64,000 nucleotides of DNA from an uncultured virus (IMG/VR IMGVR_UViG_3300042691_055975) (IMGVR_UViG_3300042691_055975), one strand, 5' to 3'. Positions 1 through 8,320 are shown, counted from the stretch's first letter. Notes: a model not told the origin generated them from the sequence alone. Made by a program: numbers and translations.

Positions 1-1005
1 CTAATCGCCGCTCTTCTGCCACTTGAGCATGGCCGCCTTGCCGAGCTTCTTCTGCGATCGGGACTTGGCATAATATTCGACCATCTGGAGCGACTGGCCG
101 CTGATCGCCGCCGTCTCTCCGGTGCTGCAGCCGGCCTCGAGCAGCGAGTTCACCGCGTTCTTTCGCAGGCCGTGCGGCACGACCTTGACCGGCGCGCATG
201 CCGCTTGGATCGCCAGCCGGATCTTGTTGTTCTTCCCCTCGTTGGGCTTGCCCGGGATGATCGTCGCGAGGCTGCGCTCGTGGCGCGCCAGCTCCTTCGC
301 GAGCTCCTCGTGGATCGGGATAAAGAGCTGCTTGCCCGTCTTCTTCTGCGTTACCGATATCGTGTCGCCCTCGATGTCGCGCCAGGTCAGCGCCGCGACG
401 TCGCCGATGCGCTGGGCGGTATAATAGAGAAGGTGGACCGAGAGGCGGACGAAATCGTCCTTGCTCGCCAGCGCCTTCGCCAGCACGTCCTCGGGCCACG
501 GCTGGTGCTCACCGGTCGCCATCTCCTCGATGTCCGCAAAGGGATCGTTGGTGACGTGTCCGCGTCGGCGGGCCCATGTGTAGGCGGCGCTGCCGGCGCG
601 CAGCACCATGTTCGCCGCGCCCGGCCGGTCCGCCATGCGATCGAGGAGGAGCACGATGTCCTTGCGCTCGACCAGCTGCGCCGGTGCGGTGCCCAGCTTG
701 TCGACCAGCTCGCGCTGATAGAGCTCGTAGAGATCGCGCGTGGACTTCGCCAGCTTGGCGAACTTGTCGCTCGCCTGGTACAGATCGACGAGGCCGCGCA
801 GGTTCAGCTGCGCCACGATGTTCGCACGGCGGGTGCGGTGCCCCATCATCGCGGCATAGACGGCGCCGAAGGTCCGGTCCGTGGGCGGCGGCAGCTTCTT
901 CCAGATGCGCTTGCCCTTCTCGTCCAGCTGGCCGGTGTCGAAATAATAGTAGGTGTGGCCCTTGGCCTTGGTGCGCTTGACGTGCGGGATGGACTTAGCC
1001 GGCAT
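1..1005 (-). CDS. int: Tyrosine integrase
   Basis: YTAQRIGD (Arg I), HGLRK (His-x-x-Arg), SGQS..MVEYY (catalytic Tyr). Confidence 0.92.
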   Translation of the reverse strand: MPAKSIPHVKRTKAKGHTYYYFDTGQLDEKGKRIWKKLPPPTDRTFGAVYAAMMGHRTRRANIVAQLNLRGLVDLYQASDKFAKLAKSTRDLYELYQRELVDKLGTAPAQLVERKDIVLLLDRMADRPGAANMVLRAGSAAYTWARRRGHVTNDPFADIEEMATGEHQPWPEDVLAKALASKDDFVRLSVHLLYYTAQRIGDVAALTWRDIEGDTISVTQKKTGKQLFIPIHEELAKELARHERSLATIIPGKPNEGKNNKIRLAIQAACAPVKVVPHGLRKNAVNSLLEAGCSTGETAAISGQSLQMVEYYAKSRSQKKLGKAAMLKWQKSGD

Positions 1006-1237
1006 AGAGCTTGGTCTCCTTTCGCCAGTCGGGCACCTGCTCGGCCTCCCCTGTGAGCCGCTCCATATAGGTGTCGATCTCCGCCCGGCTCCAGTGCAAC
1101 CCGTTGCCCAGTTTGACCGGATGCGGCAACCGCCCTTCGGCGATCTCCCGCTCCAGCTCGGCGGCGGTGAGGTCGAGATAGGCGCAGGCGGTCGCGCGCT
1201 TCATCATGCGCGGCCAGAAAGGGGCGTGGAAGCTCAT
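995..1237 (-). CDS. Excisionase/AlpA-like recombination directionality factor
   Basis: 80 aa winged-helix pattern (ACAYLDL..EGRLPHPVKLG..WSRAEID) overlapping the int start. Confidence 0.75.
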   Translation of the reverse strand: MSFHAPFWPRMMKRATACAYLDLTAAELEREIAEGRLPHPVKLGNGLHWSRAEIDTYMERLTGEAEQVPDWRKETKLYAG

Positions 1238-1632
1238 GCCGCCTCCTTCTCGGTAACGAGGTCGATCAGCTCGCCGATCGTGCGTGCCGCCAGCACGGCG
1301 TCATCGCTGATCGGCAAGCCGCAAAGCACCTCGAGATTGTAGGCGATGCGGATGCGCGTGAAGTCGGTCGCGCGGATCTGCGCATCGTCGTCGGCCAGCT
1401 TGACCGGGATGTAGAGATGAGCTGCGATGATGATGCGCGCAGCGTCGCGCGGGTCGAGGTCCGCCGTCCAGGCCTTGGCGATGAACTCCATCGGCTGGCG
1501 CTCGCCGTCGCGGTTGCACTCGCGGCAGAAGCCCGGCTTTGCGCACGCGCCAGCCATCCAGCGGCCATCGGCCTGCAGATACTCGTGGCGCACGTCGATC
1601 CAGTCGCGGCGGATGCGGACGTGGTCAGACAT
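1234..1632 (-). CDS. Hypothetical protein with C-terminal acyl-carrier-protein-like domain
   Basis: Overlaps both neighbours; the C-terminus aligns by eye to ACP helices (LEVLCGLPISDD..TIGELIDLV). Confidence 0.6.
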   Translation of the reverse strand: MSDHVRIRRDWIDVRHEYLQADGRWMAGACAKPGFCRECNRDGERQPMEFIAKAWTADLDPRDAARIIIAAHLYIPVKLADDDAQIRATDFTRIRIAYNLEVLCGLPISDDAVLAARTIGELIDLVTEKEAA

Positions 1633-1864
1633 CGGCCGGCTCCTCGATCGGGAGGGCCATCTGCGCCGCCTCGGTGAAGTGCCCCGCCATAGCTTCGAGG
1701 ATGCGGACCGCCTTCTTCATGGACGCGGCGCGGCGGTGCTTGTCCTGCTTGCGCATGCGGGCGGAATCGCGAAGCACCTTGCGACCGACCAGGTGCATCG
1801 TGTTGCGCTCGCCCCAGGCAGGCGCGTCGATGATGGCGGCGATGGTTTGGGCGATGTCAGGCAT
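1625..1864 (-). CDS. Phage hypothetical protein
   Basis: ATG at 1864 overlaps the end of the upstream gene; part of a coupled early-left gene chain. Confidence 0.55.
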   Translation of the reverse strand: MPDIAQTIAAIIDAPAWGERNTMHLVGRKVLRDSARMRKQDKHRRAASMKKAVRILEAMAGHFTEAAQMALPIEEPADV

Positions 1865-2084
1865 TTGATGCCTCCCCCACCCTGCCGGGGGCAGCGCCGG
1901 CGTAGACCGGGAACGCTTCAACCTTGCGCCAGCTGTTGGTCTGACGCTCGGCGGCAGCGGACGCAGTCGCCTCCGACATGAAAACCTGTCCACACAGCAC
2001 GCGATACTCGCCATATTGACGGGCCGATCGCGTATGCGCCGCTCGCGCAGCACGAAGCATCCATGCGATAGGCTGGTCGGTCAC
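1857..2084 (-). CDS. Phage hypothetical protein
   Basis: GTGA overlap with the MarR-like gene. Confidence 0.55.
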   Translation of the reverse strand: MTDQPIAWMLRAARAAHTRSARQYGEYRVLCGQVFMSEATASAAAERQTNSWRKVEAFPVYAGAAPGRVGEASNA

Positions 2085-2374
2085 GCCGCACCGCCGATCG
2101 CAGACCGGAACGCCCTACCCGCTTCGGTCACATGGATGAAGCAGTCGCGCCGATCCGAGCCCTTGCGCCGCTCTAGCAGCCCCTCGCGCTCCATGCGATC
2201 GAGCGCGCGCGAGACGACGGCCTTTTCCACGCGGACGGCTTTGGCCATATCCTTTACGCGCAGCGGCTGCTCGGCCTTCATCGCGACGCCCATGATAGCG
2301 AGCTGGCGCGCGGTGAGGTCGATGTAGGCCGGCGAGGTGACGAAGGTCACCGCCTGGTCGATGAGATCACGCAT
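2081..2374 (-). CDS. MarR-family winged-helix regulator
   Basis: LTARQLAIM..VKDMAK..VSRALDRMEREGLLER..DRR..VTEAG. Confidence 0.85.
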   Translation of the reverse strand: MRDLIDQAVTFVTSPAYIDLTARQLAIMGVAMKAEQPLRVKDMAKAVRVEKAVVSRALDRMEREGLLERRKGSDRRDCFIHVTEAGRAFRSAIGGAA

Positions 2375-2813
2375 GGGCGCTACCCTCCTCGTGCATCTGC
2401 TTGAGCATGTTGGTACCCCACATGTTGAGGAAGCCACGGCACAGGCGCATTTTCTTCTTGTCCTGGCCGTCGGCCGGATAGGCGAACCCGTTCTCGTTCT
2501 TCACGTCGATCGGCACGCCCTTGTGGCAGTAGAACTGCCCGCCGGCCTTGAGCGAGGCGACCGTCTTCTTCCACTCATCCGTGTCCGCCTGCTCGGGCGA
2601 TCCCGGGCGGAACGCGCAGTTGTTGCAGGGTTCGATGAACGAGGCGTAGCGCTCGGTCGGGTCGATGGTGTCGGCCGGATCGAAGGGCTCCCAGATCGTC
2701 TGGCAGTTAAAGCAGCCACGCACCACGCGGGCATAGAAGCCGTTCGGGCTCGGCGCATCGATGTCCGACACCCGGCGCGAGGCGCAGCGGGGGCATTGGT
2801 CGGCACCCTTCAC
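2367..2813 (-). CDS. Cys-rich (putative Zn-binding) phage protein
   Basis: CPRC, CFNC, CNNCAF, FYCHK and LCRG motifs; GTG start overlaps the upstream stop. Confidence 0.6.
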   Translation of the reverse strand: MKGADQCPRCASRRVSDIDAPSPNGFYARVVRGCFNCQTIWEPFDPADTIDPTERYASFIEPCNNCAFRPGSPEQADTDEWKKTVASLKAGGQFYCHKGVPIDVKNENGFAYPADGQDKKKMRLCRGFLNMWGTNMLKQMHEEGSAHA

Positions 2814-2995
2814 GACTTGGCGTCCAGCACGGCATGTGCCGACATCATCACCTCGGCGGTCTGCAGGAAGTGCTTGCGCATTTCTTCCTGCCCGCGCCCG
2901 ATGAGGCTGGCGGCAAGCTGCATGTTGAGCGCGGCGGACGCGCGCAGCTGGATCTGGACGATCTCGCGCGACAGTTGCTTGGTGGCGGCGCTCAC
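2810..2995 (-). CDS. Phage hypothetical protein
   Basis: GTGA overlaps at both ends. Confidence 0.5.
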   Translation of the reverse strand: MSAATKQLSREIVQIQLRASAALNMQLAASLIGRGQEEMRKHFLQTAEVMMSAHAVLDAKS

Positions 2996-3315
2996 GACGG
3001 GTTGACCTTGCCGCCGAAGACATCGACGCCCCGTTCGATGAGCGCCGCTGTCCAGAGATCTTTCATCTCCTGGGTGCAATGCTCCATCGCATCGAGCCAG
3101 TTCGGCGCTCGCCCGTGCTCCGCGTTGAAACGCACGGCATAGAACAGGCTCTGGGCATTGTGCGGCAGCTCTGGCTCGTGCTCCGAACCGCACATCTCGC
3201 ACTTGCCTGGCGCGGCCGGCATCATGAACATCGTCGTGGTACCCGGCGTCTCTTCGCCGGTGGTCAAGTCGACCGTCGACATTTTCGTCTCGATCGGGAT
3301 CATGGGACGGGTCAT
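2992..3315 (-). CDS. Phage hypothetical protein (CxxC..H)
   Basis: GGAG Shine-Dalgarno upstream; KCEMCGSEH motif. Confidence 0.6.
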   Translation of the reverse strand: MTRPMIPIETKMSTVDLTTGEETPGTTTMFMMPAAPGKCEMCGSEHEPELPHNAQSLFYAVRFNAEHGRAPNWLDAMEHCTQEMKDLWTAALIERGVDVFGGKVNPS

Positions 3316-3454
3316 CGTGCGGATCTCCAGAAGCGCCACCAGGGGCGCCGGGGTTGTTCCATGGGGAGGATCGGCCCACGCGAGCGCTCGGCCTGCCATT
3401 GCGTCTGCGGGGCGGTGAGGAGCGGATCGCGGCCGCGCTTGCTGATCCGGCCGT

Positions 3455-3697
3455 TCATGATCGCGCGCCGCTGCGGCTGGCCTGATAGGCGGCCAGCGCC
3501 TCGAGCGCCTGCTCCCTCGCCCCGGCCGCACCAACCGAGAGGCCGATGCCGTCCGCGAGATCCGTGTCGACGGTTGCGGTCAGCAGCCGATTGAGGGCGC
3601 GGGCCAGCATGGTCGGCACATCACCAACGATCGGGCCTGGCGAGACGGGCTGGGCGGTGCCGAGCACGCGCTGCACGGGGAAGGCGATCACATCCAT
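3455..3697 (-). CDS. Phage hypothetical protein
   Basis: Overlaps the upstream gene; AGGAG Shine-Dalgarno. Confidence 0.5.
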   Translation of the reverse strand: MDVIAFPVQRVLGTAQPVSPGPIVGDVPTMLARALNRLLTATVDTDLADGIGLSVGAAGAREQALEALAAYQASRSGARS

Positions 3698-4125
3698 GCC
3701 TGCAGCTCCTGCGCTGCGGCATAGAACATCAGCGACAGCAGTCCCGCCGCGGCGAGGATCATGACGGCTTCATGCCAGAGCTGGGCCTGCCAGAGCATCG
3801 CGATATGGCGGCGCCGATATTCAGGCGTGCCGATAATCAGCGCGGGTATGACCTCGACAGTGCGGCCGTGGCGGCGGAGATAATCCTCGGCCCAGTCGGC
3901 CGCGCTCTCCTCGCTGTTCTCCGGCATGCCGAGCGACACCGCCAGCCGCTCGAGGCGTGTCCATGCGGTTTCGAAGCGGCGCATCGACGCGCCGTCGTGC
4001 GGAATGCCGGCGGCACGGGCATCGTTCAACAGCGATGCGAGCCAGTCGAGCTCGGCAGCGGAGACAGCGTCCTCGATGTCGTTCGCGGAACACGGCTGGC
4101 GGGCGACAAGGGCGATGGCGGACAT
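3688..4125 (-). CDS. First early-left gene, with C-terminal hydrophobic segment
   Basis: GGAGGT Shine-Dalgarno; lies directly downstream of the PL-like promoter. Confidence 0.6.
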   Translation of the reverse strand: MSAIALVARQPCSANDIEDAVSAAELDWLASLLNDARAAGIPHDGASMRRFETAWTRLERLAVSLGMPENSEESAADWAEDYLRRHGRTVEVIPALIIGTPEYRRRHIAMLWQAQLWHEAVMILAAAGLLSLMFYAAAQELQAWM

Positions 4126-4151
4126 GTGACCTCCCGGTGATTACGGGAGCG

Positions 4152-4215
4152 AGATTAGTTGGATATGTCCTACTTGTCAACGCGCAGTTGGATTTAACCT
4201 ACCAATTTATCCTAC
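4152..4215 (-). promoter_or_regulatory. PL-like sigma70 promoter with repressor operators
   Basis: TTGACA (4180-4175)-N17-TAATCT (4157-4152); imperfect palindromes GTTGGATATGTCCTAC (4158-4173, inside the spacer) and GTTGGATTTAACCTAC (4187-4202). Confidence 0.8.
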
Positions 4216-4235
4216 TGCATTGTTATTAGGCATGA

Positions 4236-4637
4236 TTATCCTGCAACGCGCACCTGCTCTTCAATATTGCTTCGCTCGTGTATGGCATCTTCTGTAGATA
4301 GGAAGCCTGTGCCTTGAAGAAGCTCGATTGCGTGCAGCGAGAACGCCTTGAACTGAGCGCCGACGATGCCAAGTGTGGCTCGGTAAACATGGTTTTCTCC
4401 AGACCCCAATTGCGCCAAAGCCAGCCTGTAGCTTCCGAAGACGATGGAATTGAACGCATCATCGTCGGTCTGGCTGATCTTCCTCTGCCGAGAGGGGCGG
4501 TGATAGACGCCAGCCACGAGCTCTTTGCGAATAAGAGGCCAAACAGCATGATGCCCGAAAGCGGCGTCGGCACCCGCAAGCGCGCGCAGGAGTTGCCTCT
4601 GGTGTGCGCTGGGAAATAGTCGGGAGAAAAGTGACAT
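4236..4637 (-). CDS. Hypothetical protein downstream of cI (rex-like position)
   Basis: ATG 7 nt after the cI stop; lower GC than its flanks. Confidence 0.6.
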   Translation of the reverse strand: MSLFSRLFPSAHQRQLLRALAGADAAFGHHAVWPLIRKELVAGVYHRPSRQRKISQTDDDAFNSIVFGSYRLALAQLGSGENHVYRATLGIVGAQFKAFSLHAIELLQGTGFLSTEDAIHERSNIEEQVRVAG

Positions 4638-4644
4638 TGTCGCC

Positions 4645-5367
4645 TTAAGCGTAGTCGTCTGCGGTGAGCACGCGATCAATGCGGAGCACGTCGACCATAG
4701 GAATACGGAAGACCTTTGCCGGGGTGAACTGCTCGAGCTCAACATACTGAGCCGTGCGTTTAACGAGCCGCTTTACAAGAACGCACCGAGCGGTCGTACC
4801 ATCATCCGAAGCATCGAGCGGCCGAAGGTAGACGACAACGTCATCTCCGACGCGGAGCGGCGCATCGTGCTGGGCAAAGAGGAACGCGCCGTCGCGGTGC
4901 GCCGGATACATTGAAGATCCCTGGACATACAGGCCGTAAACGCGCTCGACTCCGTTGGTGATTGCAGGCCGCTTCCGATATTCAATCACCTCGCCCGTAT
5001 TCAGCATCGTTTGCTCGACCGCCTCTCCATCGATCACGCGTTCTGCGCCAAGCGCAGTTCCAAATACCGGGCAGTCTCCCCTCGCCCGTTCCATCGACTG
5101 TCCTTCAAACGCCACAGGCTCGGCATTGCTGGGAGGATGGACCTCGACACTGATCAGATCGGCGGCGGACTTTCCGATATAGCTCAATATCTTATCAAGA
5201 TTGTCGCTGCGAATGCTCGCGCTTTTCCTGTCGCTTTTGAGGTTGCTGAAGAACCCCCGATTTACACCCGCCTCCTCAGCCCAGCGCGTCGCCGGCAGAT
5301 CCGAAGGCTTTAGCGCCATCAGCCTGTCGTAGAGGGCTCTGCCCCTAGGGAATTCACCGTTTGCCAT
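4645..5367 (-). CDS. cI: CI-like repressor with S24 autopeptidase domain
   Basis: N-terminal HTH; ALG cleavage-like site, VQGSSMYP (Ser) and LVKRL (Lys). Start may instead be 5406. Confidence 0.9.
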   Translation of the reverse strand: MANGEFPRGRALYDRLMALKPSDLPATRWAEEAGVNRGFFSNLKSDRKSASIRSDNLDKILSYIGKSAADLISVEVHPPSNAEPVAFEGQSMERARGDCPVFGTALGAERVIDGEAVEQTMLNTGEVIEYRKRPAITNGVERVYGLYVQGSSMYPAHRDGAFLFAQHDAPLRVGDDVVVYLRPLDASDDGTTARCVLVKRLVKRTAQYVELEQFTPAKVFRIPMVDVLRIDRVLTADDYA

Positions 5368-5460
5368 GTTGGATTTTTCCCACAAACGGGGATGTATTTC
5401 GAGCATGATGTTTCCAACTTGTGAGGTAGGATTTATCCAGTTATGTAGGATTTATGGAAC
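5368..5460. promoter_or_regulatory. OR-like operator cluster between cI and cro
   Basis: GTWGGA-N4-TCCWAC variants at 5368-5383, 5403-5418, 5426-5441 and 5445-5460, matching the OL copies. Confidence 0.75.
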
Positions 5461-5690
5461 AGGCACTTTTGACCGACGCTGAGATGCTCAAGCGCATTGA
5501 GGAATTCTGCGCTGAGCACTCTCTGCCCCCATCGACATTCGGCCGGCTGGCCGTCGGCGACAGCAATCTCGTGACGGGTTTGAAGAAAGCCCGTTCGATC
5601 ACACTGCGCACAGGACAGCGGATCATGGACTTTATGCAGACCTATGATCCGACCGCCGAGCCTCCGCCTAGCGAAACGGCAACAGCATAG
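5454..5690 (+). CDS. cro: Cro-like regulator
   Basis: Divergent from cI; STFGRLAVGDSNLV..ITLRT pattern of alphaproteobacterial phage Cro proteins. Confidence 0.8.
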   Translation: MEQALLTDAEMLKRIEEFCAEHSLPPSTFGRLAVGDSNLVTGLKKARSITLRTGQRIMDFMQTYDPTAEPPPSETATA

Positions 5691-5711
5691 CCATCGCGTT
5701 AACCATCATTT

Positions 5712-5737
5712 GTTCACTGAACGTTCCATTTTCGTAC
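5712..5737. promoter_or_regulatory. Alphaproteobacterial LexA (SOS) box
   Basis: GTTC-ACTGAAC-GTTC (5712-5726), then N7-GTAC; intergenic. Confidence 0.65.
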
Positions 5738-5775
5738 AAGCGGGGACCCTATGCCAGAAGGCCACATCGGAGCGC

Positions 5776-6018
5776 TCAAACCTCTCCCGTCCTGCCCTCG
5801 ATACAGTCGGCTGCAAGGCATAGCGCCTCACCAAGTCGTCGAGCTTCGTCGGGCGGCAGGCCGATCTGGAGATGCAGGACGACTGGCTGTCCCTCTTTCA
5901 GATGTGCGGTTGATAGCCGAAGGCCCGCAACGAGGCCCATGCTCGCGATGCGCCAGTCGGTCACCGGCGCAAGCTTCACCATGCCCTCTGGCGTCAGCTC
6001 CCAATCTTCCGTCGCCAT
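5776..6018 (-). CDS. Small counter-oriented hypothetical protein
   Basis: AAGGAG Shine-Dalgarno; protein-like composition ([12 protein letters not shown]...). Confidence 0.5.
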   Translation of the reverse strand: MATEDWELTPEGMVKLAPVTDWRIASMGLVAGLRLSTAHLKEGQPVVLHLQIGLPPDEARRLGEALCLAADCIEGRTGEV

Positions 6019-6063
6019 TCGCCGAATCTCCTTCACGTTCCACCTATCACAGCGAGGCGCGTC

Positions 6064-6711
6064 ATGTCTGAAGGCAACGTAGCGGCGGATCAGCTTCGGC
6101 TTCTCATCGAGCGGCTGGAGGAGGAGAAGAAGGGCATCAACGACGATATCAAGGATGTCTATCTCGAGGCGAAGGCCAACGGGTACGACGCCAAGATCAT
6201 GCGTCAGATCGTCCGCCTGCGGAAGATGCAGCCGCACGATCGTCAGGAGATGCAGGCAGTCCTCGAGACGTATCTCGCCGCGCTTGGCATGGATGAGGGC
6301 GGCGGCCGGTCGCAGCCTCGGCTGTTCGACGATCATGACGGCCGGCCCGACCCGACGACGCCCGCCCCTGCCCCCAGTGCCGATGAGAGCGAGCTGTTCA
6401 TGACCGCGCTGAACCTCGTCGTCGACAACCAGAAGTCGTCCACGAGCTGGCTGCAGCGGCAGATGCGCATCGGCTATAACAGCGCGGCGCGGCTGATCGA
6501 GCAGCTCGAGGCACGCGGCGTGGTCGGCCCGCCCAATCATATCGGCGCGCGCGAGGTGCTGATCCCGCCCAAGGGCGAGGCGCATCCGGCGCTGGCGAAG
6601 CTGCATGCGCTCTGCGCGGAGAATGGCACGTCCATCTCTATGAGCATCGACGGCGGGCCCATGATCCCCCTGGTCACAGCGCCAGGCGCTGATGCGGCGG
6701 CCACACCATGA
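6064..6711 (+). CDS. GapR/DUF2312 domain fused to an FtsK gamma winged-helix domain
   Basis: [45 protein letters not shown], then [35 protein letters not shown]. Confidence 0.88.
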   Translation: MSEGNVAADQLRLLIERLEEEKKGINDDIKDVYLEAKANGYDAKIMRQIVRLRKMQPHDRQEMQAVLETYLAALGMDEGGGRSQPRLFDDHDGRPDPTTPAPAPSADESELFMTALNLVVDNQKSSTSWLQRQMRIGYNSAARLIEQLEARGVVGPPNHIGAREVLIPPKGEAHPALAKLHALCAENGTSISMSIDGGPMIPLVTAPGADAAATP

Positions 6712-6827
6712 TCGTCTGGCTCATAGGCGGCGGCCTGTATCTGGCGGCGTCGGTCGTTGTCGGCCTGATCGTGGGCAAGACAATCCGACATGGCACGGAT
6801 TCCGAGCGCGAGGTGAGCGGCGAATGA
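6708..6827 (+). CDS. Small single-TM membrane protein (39 aa)
   Basis: ATGA overlaps at both ends; hydrophobic N-terminus. Confidence 0.55.
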   Translation: MIVWLIGGGLYLAASVVVGLIVGKTIRHGTDSEREVSGE

Positions 6828-7522
6828 TCGAGCTCGCAACGCCTACCGTCGTCACCATGGACCGCGCCACGCTGTATCTCGGCGACGCCAACGAGCTGCT
6901 GCACCGGCTGGGCCGCGTGACGCTCGTGGCCGATCCGCCATACCTCTTCGACAATTCGGGCGGCGGGGCTTTCCGTGCCGCGCGTGGCGCGTCGGATCAG
7001 ATCGTGGCGGAGGGGCTCGACCAGGGCTTCGATCACACGATCATCAATCCGCTGCTGCATCCCGGAGTCGTCCTGTTCTGCCACAACGACCAGCTGCCCG
7101 AGTTGCTCGCCTATCTCACGGGCAACTATCGCCGGGTGTGCGTCCTGGTCTGGATCAAGCCGAACCCGAGCCCGCACAGGAACCGCCATTATTTGGCGGA
7201 CACGGAATTCATCATCCACGCCTGGCAGGAAGGGCATCACCCGGTCGGCGAGCACCACGACATGCACCGCCATGTGACCGCGACGAGCCAGCCGGCGAAG
7301 CTGTACGGCCACCCGACGGTGAAGCCCGATGCGGTGATGGACAAGATCATCGCCAACCTGTCGGGCGACATCATCTGCGATCCCTTCATGGGCACGGGCT
7401 CGACTGGCGTCGCGGCGGTGAAGGCCGGCCGGACGTTCATCGGGATTGAGCACAACCCCACGCATTTCGCGACAGCCGTCGAGCGGCTGCGCAAGGCGCA
7501 CGAGGATCACGTGCCGCCGTAA
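6824..7522 (+). CDS. N4/N6 DNA methyltransferase (beta-type motif order)
   Basis: DPPY near the N-terminus, HPTVKP, DPFMGTGSTG. Confidence 0.9.
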   Translation: MIELATPTVVTMDRATLYLGDANELLHRLGRVTLVADPPYLFDNSGGGAFRAARGASDQIVAEGLDQGFDHTIINPLLHPGVVLFCHNDQLPELLAYLTGNYRRVCVLVWIKPNPSPHRNRHYLADTEFIIHAWQEGHHPVGEHHDMHRHVTATSQPAKLYGHPTVKPDAVMDKIIANLSGDIICDPFMGTGSTGVAAVKAGRTFIGIEHNPTHFATAVERLRKAHEDHVPP

Positions 7523-7702
7523 CGAGCTACCTCCGATCGAGTAACCGCCCGGACGCCACCCCGGCCCGGGTCTGAACAAGGTTGCGATGTCCCCCCGCGC
7601 GGTCCCGGTTTTCAGCCGCGCGACGGGGGCCAAGCGGTTCGATCGGGGGCGTGGACATATTGCCGTAAATCGCGACCACCGGGGCATTTCAAGGAGATCA
7701 TC

Positions 7703-7939
7703 ATGACTGACATTCATCCCGCGCCGACGGAGTTCTCGGCCGAGCAGCTCGGTGCGGATCCGATCCTGCGCTACTTCCACTATTCGCACCTGCCGGCCGT
7801 CCTACAGGGCGCGTCGCGGCCTTTCTGCGAGCTCGCCCGCCACATCGTCGAGACCCTGCCCCGCAATCCCGAGCGCACTGTCGCCCTGCGCAAGCTGCTC
7901 GAGGCGAAAGACGCGGCGGTCCGCGCGAACGTCAACTGA
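7703..7939 (+). CDS. Small helical-hairpin protein, possibly Acb2/Tad1-like
   Basis: YFHYSHLP..LARHIVETLPRNPERTVALRKLLEAKDAAVRA; strong AGGAG Shine-Dalgarno. Confidence 0.6.
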   Translation: MTDIHPAPTEFSAEQLGADPILRYFHYSHLPAVLQGASRPFCELARHIVETLPRNPERTVALRKLLEAKDAAVRANVN

Positions 7940-7949
7940 GGAGATCATC

Positions 7950-8228
7950 ATGACGACGACTATCACTGTTGAGACACACAGCTGGCCAGTGGCCGTTACG
8001 ACGTCGAGCGAGTACAATCACAGCGACGAGCGCAACCAGTCGCATGGCTACAGGACAGCGACCGTCTTCGTCCCGAAGGGCGAGAAGCAGCAGTTCCACA
8101 TCAGTCAGGACACGCAGATCAGCGTGCGCGACCTGCCGGCCGACGCGGAAGGGCTGTACTCGAAAGAGGCGTCCGAACTCGTGGTCATGGCCTCTTCGGC
8201 GGCCATGCCTCCGTCGCCCGAATTCTGA
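7950..8228 (+). CDS. Hypothetical beta-rich protein
   Basis: Same 16-bp RBS/start context as the preceding gene. Confidence 0.65.
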   Translation: MTTTITVETHSWPVAVTTSSEYNHSDERNQSHGYRTATVFVPKGEKQQFHISQDTQISVRDLPADAEGLYSKEASELVVMASSAAMPPSPEF

Positions 8229-8320
8229 TTTCACCGGACCCCGGCCGCGCGCCGGGGCGAGGCTGAGATCAGCGGGTGTGCAATGACTATCGACTTTCCC
8301 TCTCGGCCGGAGTGCGCGTC

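Noticed and set aside
6366..6373. KOPS-like GGGCAGGG octamers (6366 on the minus strand, 26750, 62598)
   Set aside because: Few, inside coding sequence and not clustered; expected by chance at this GC content.
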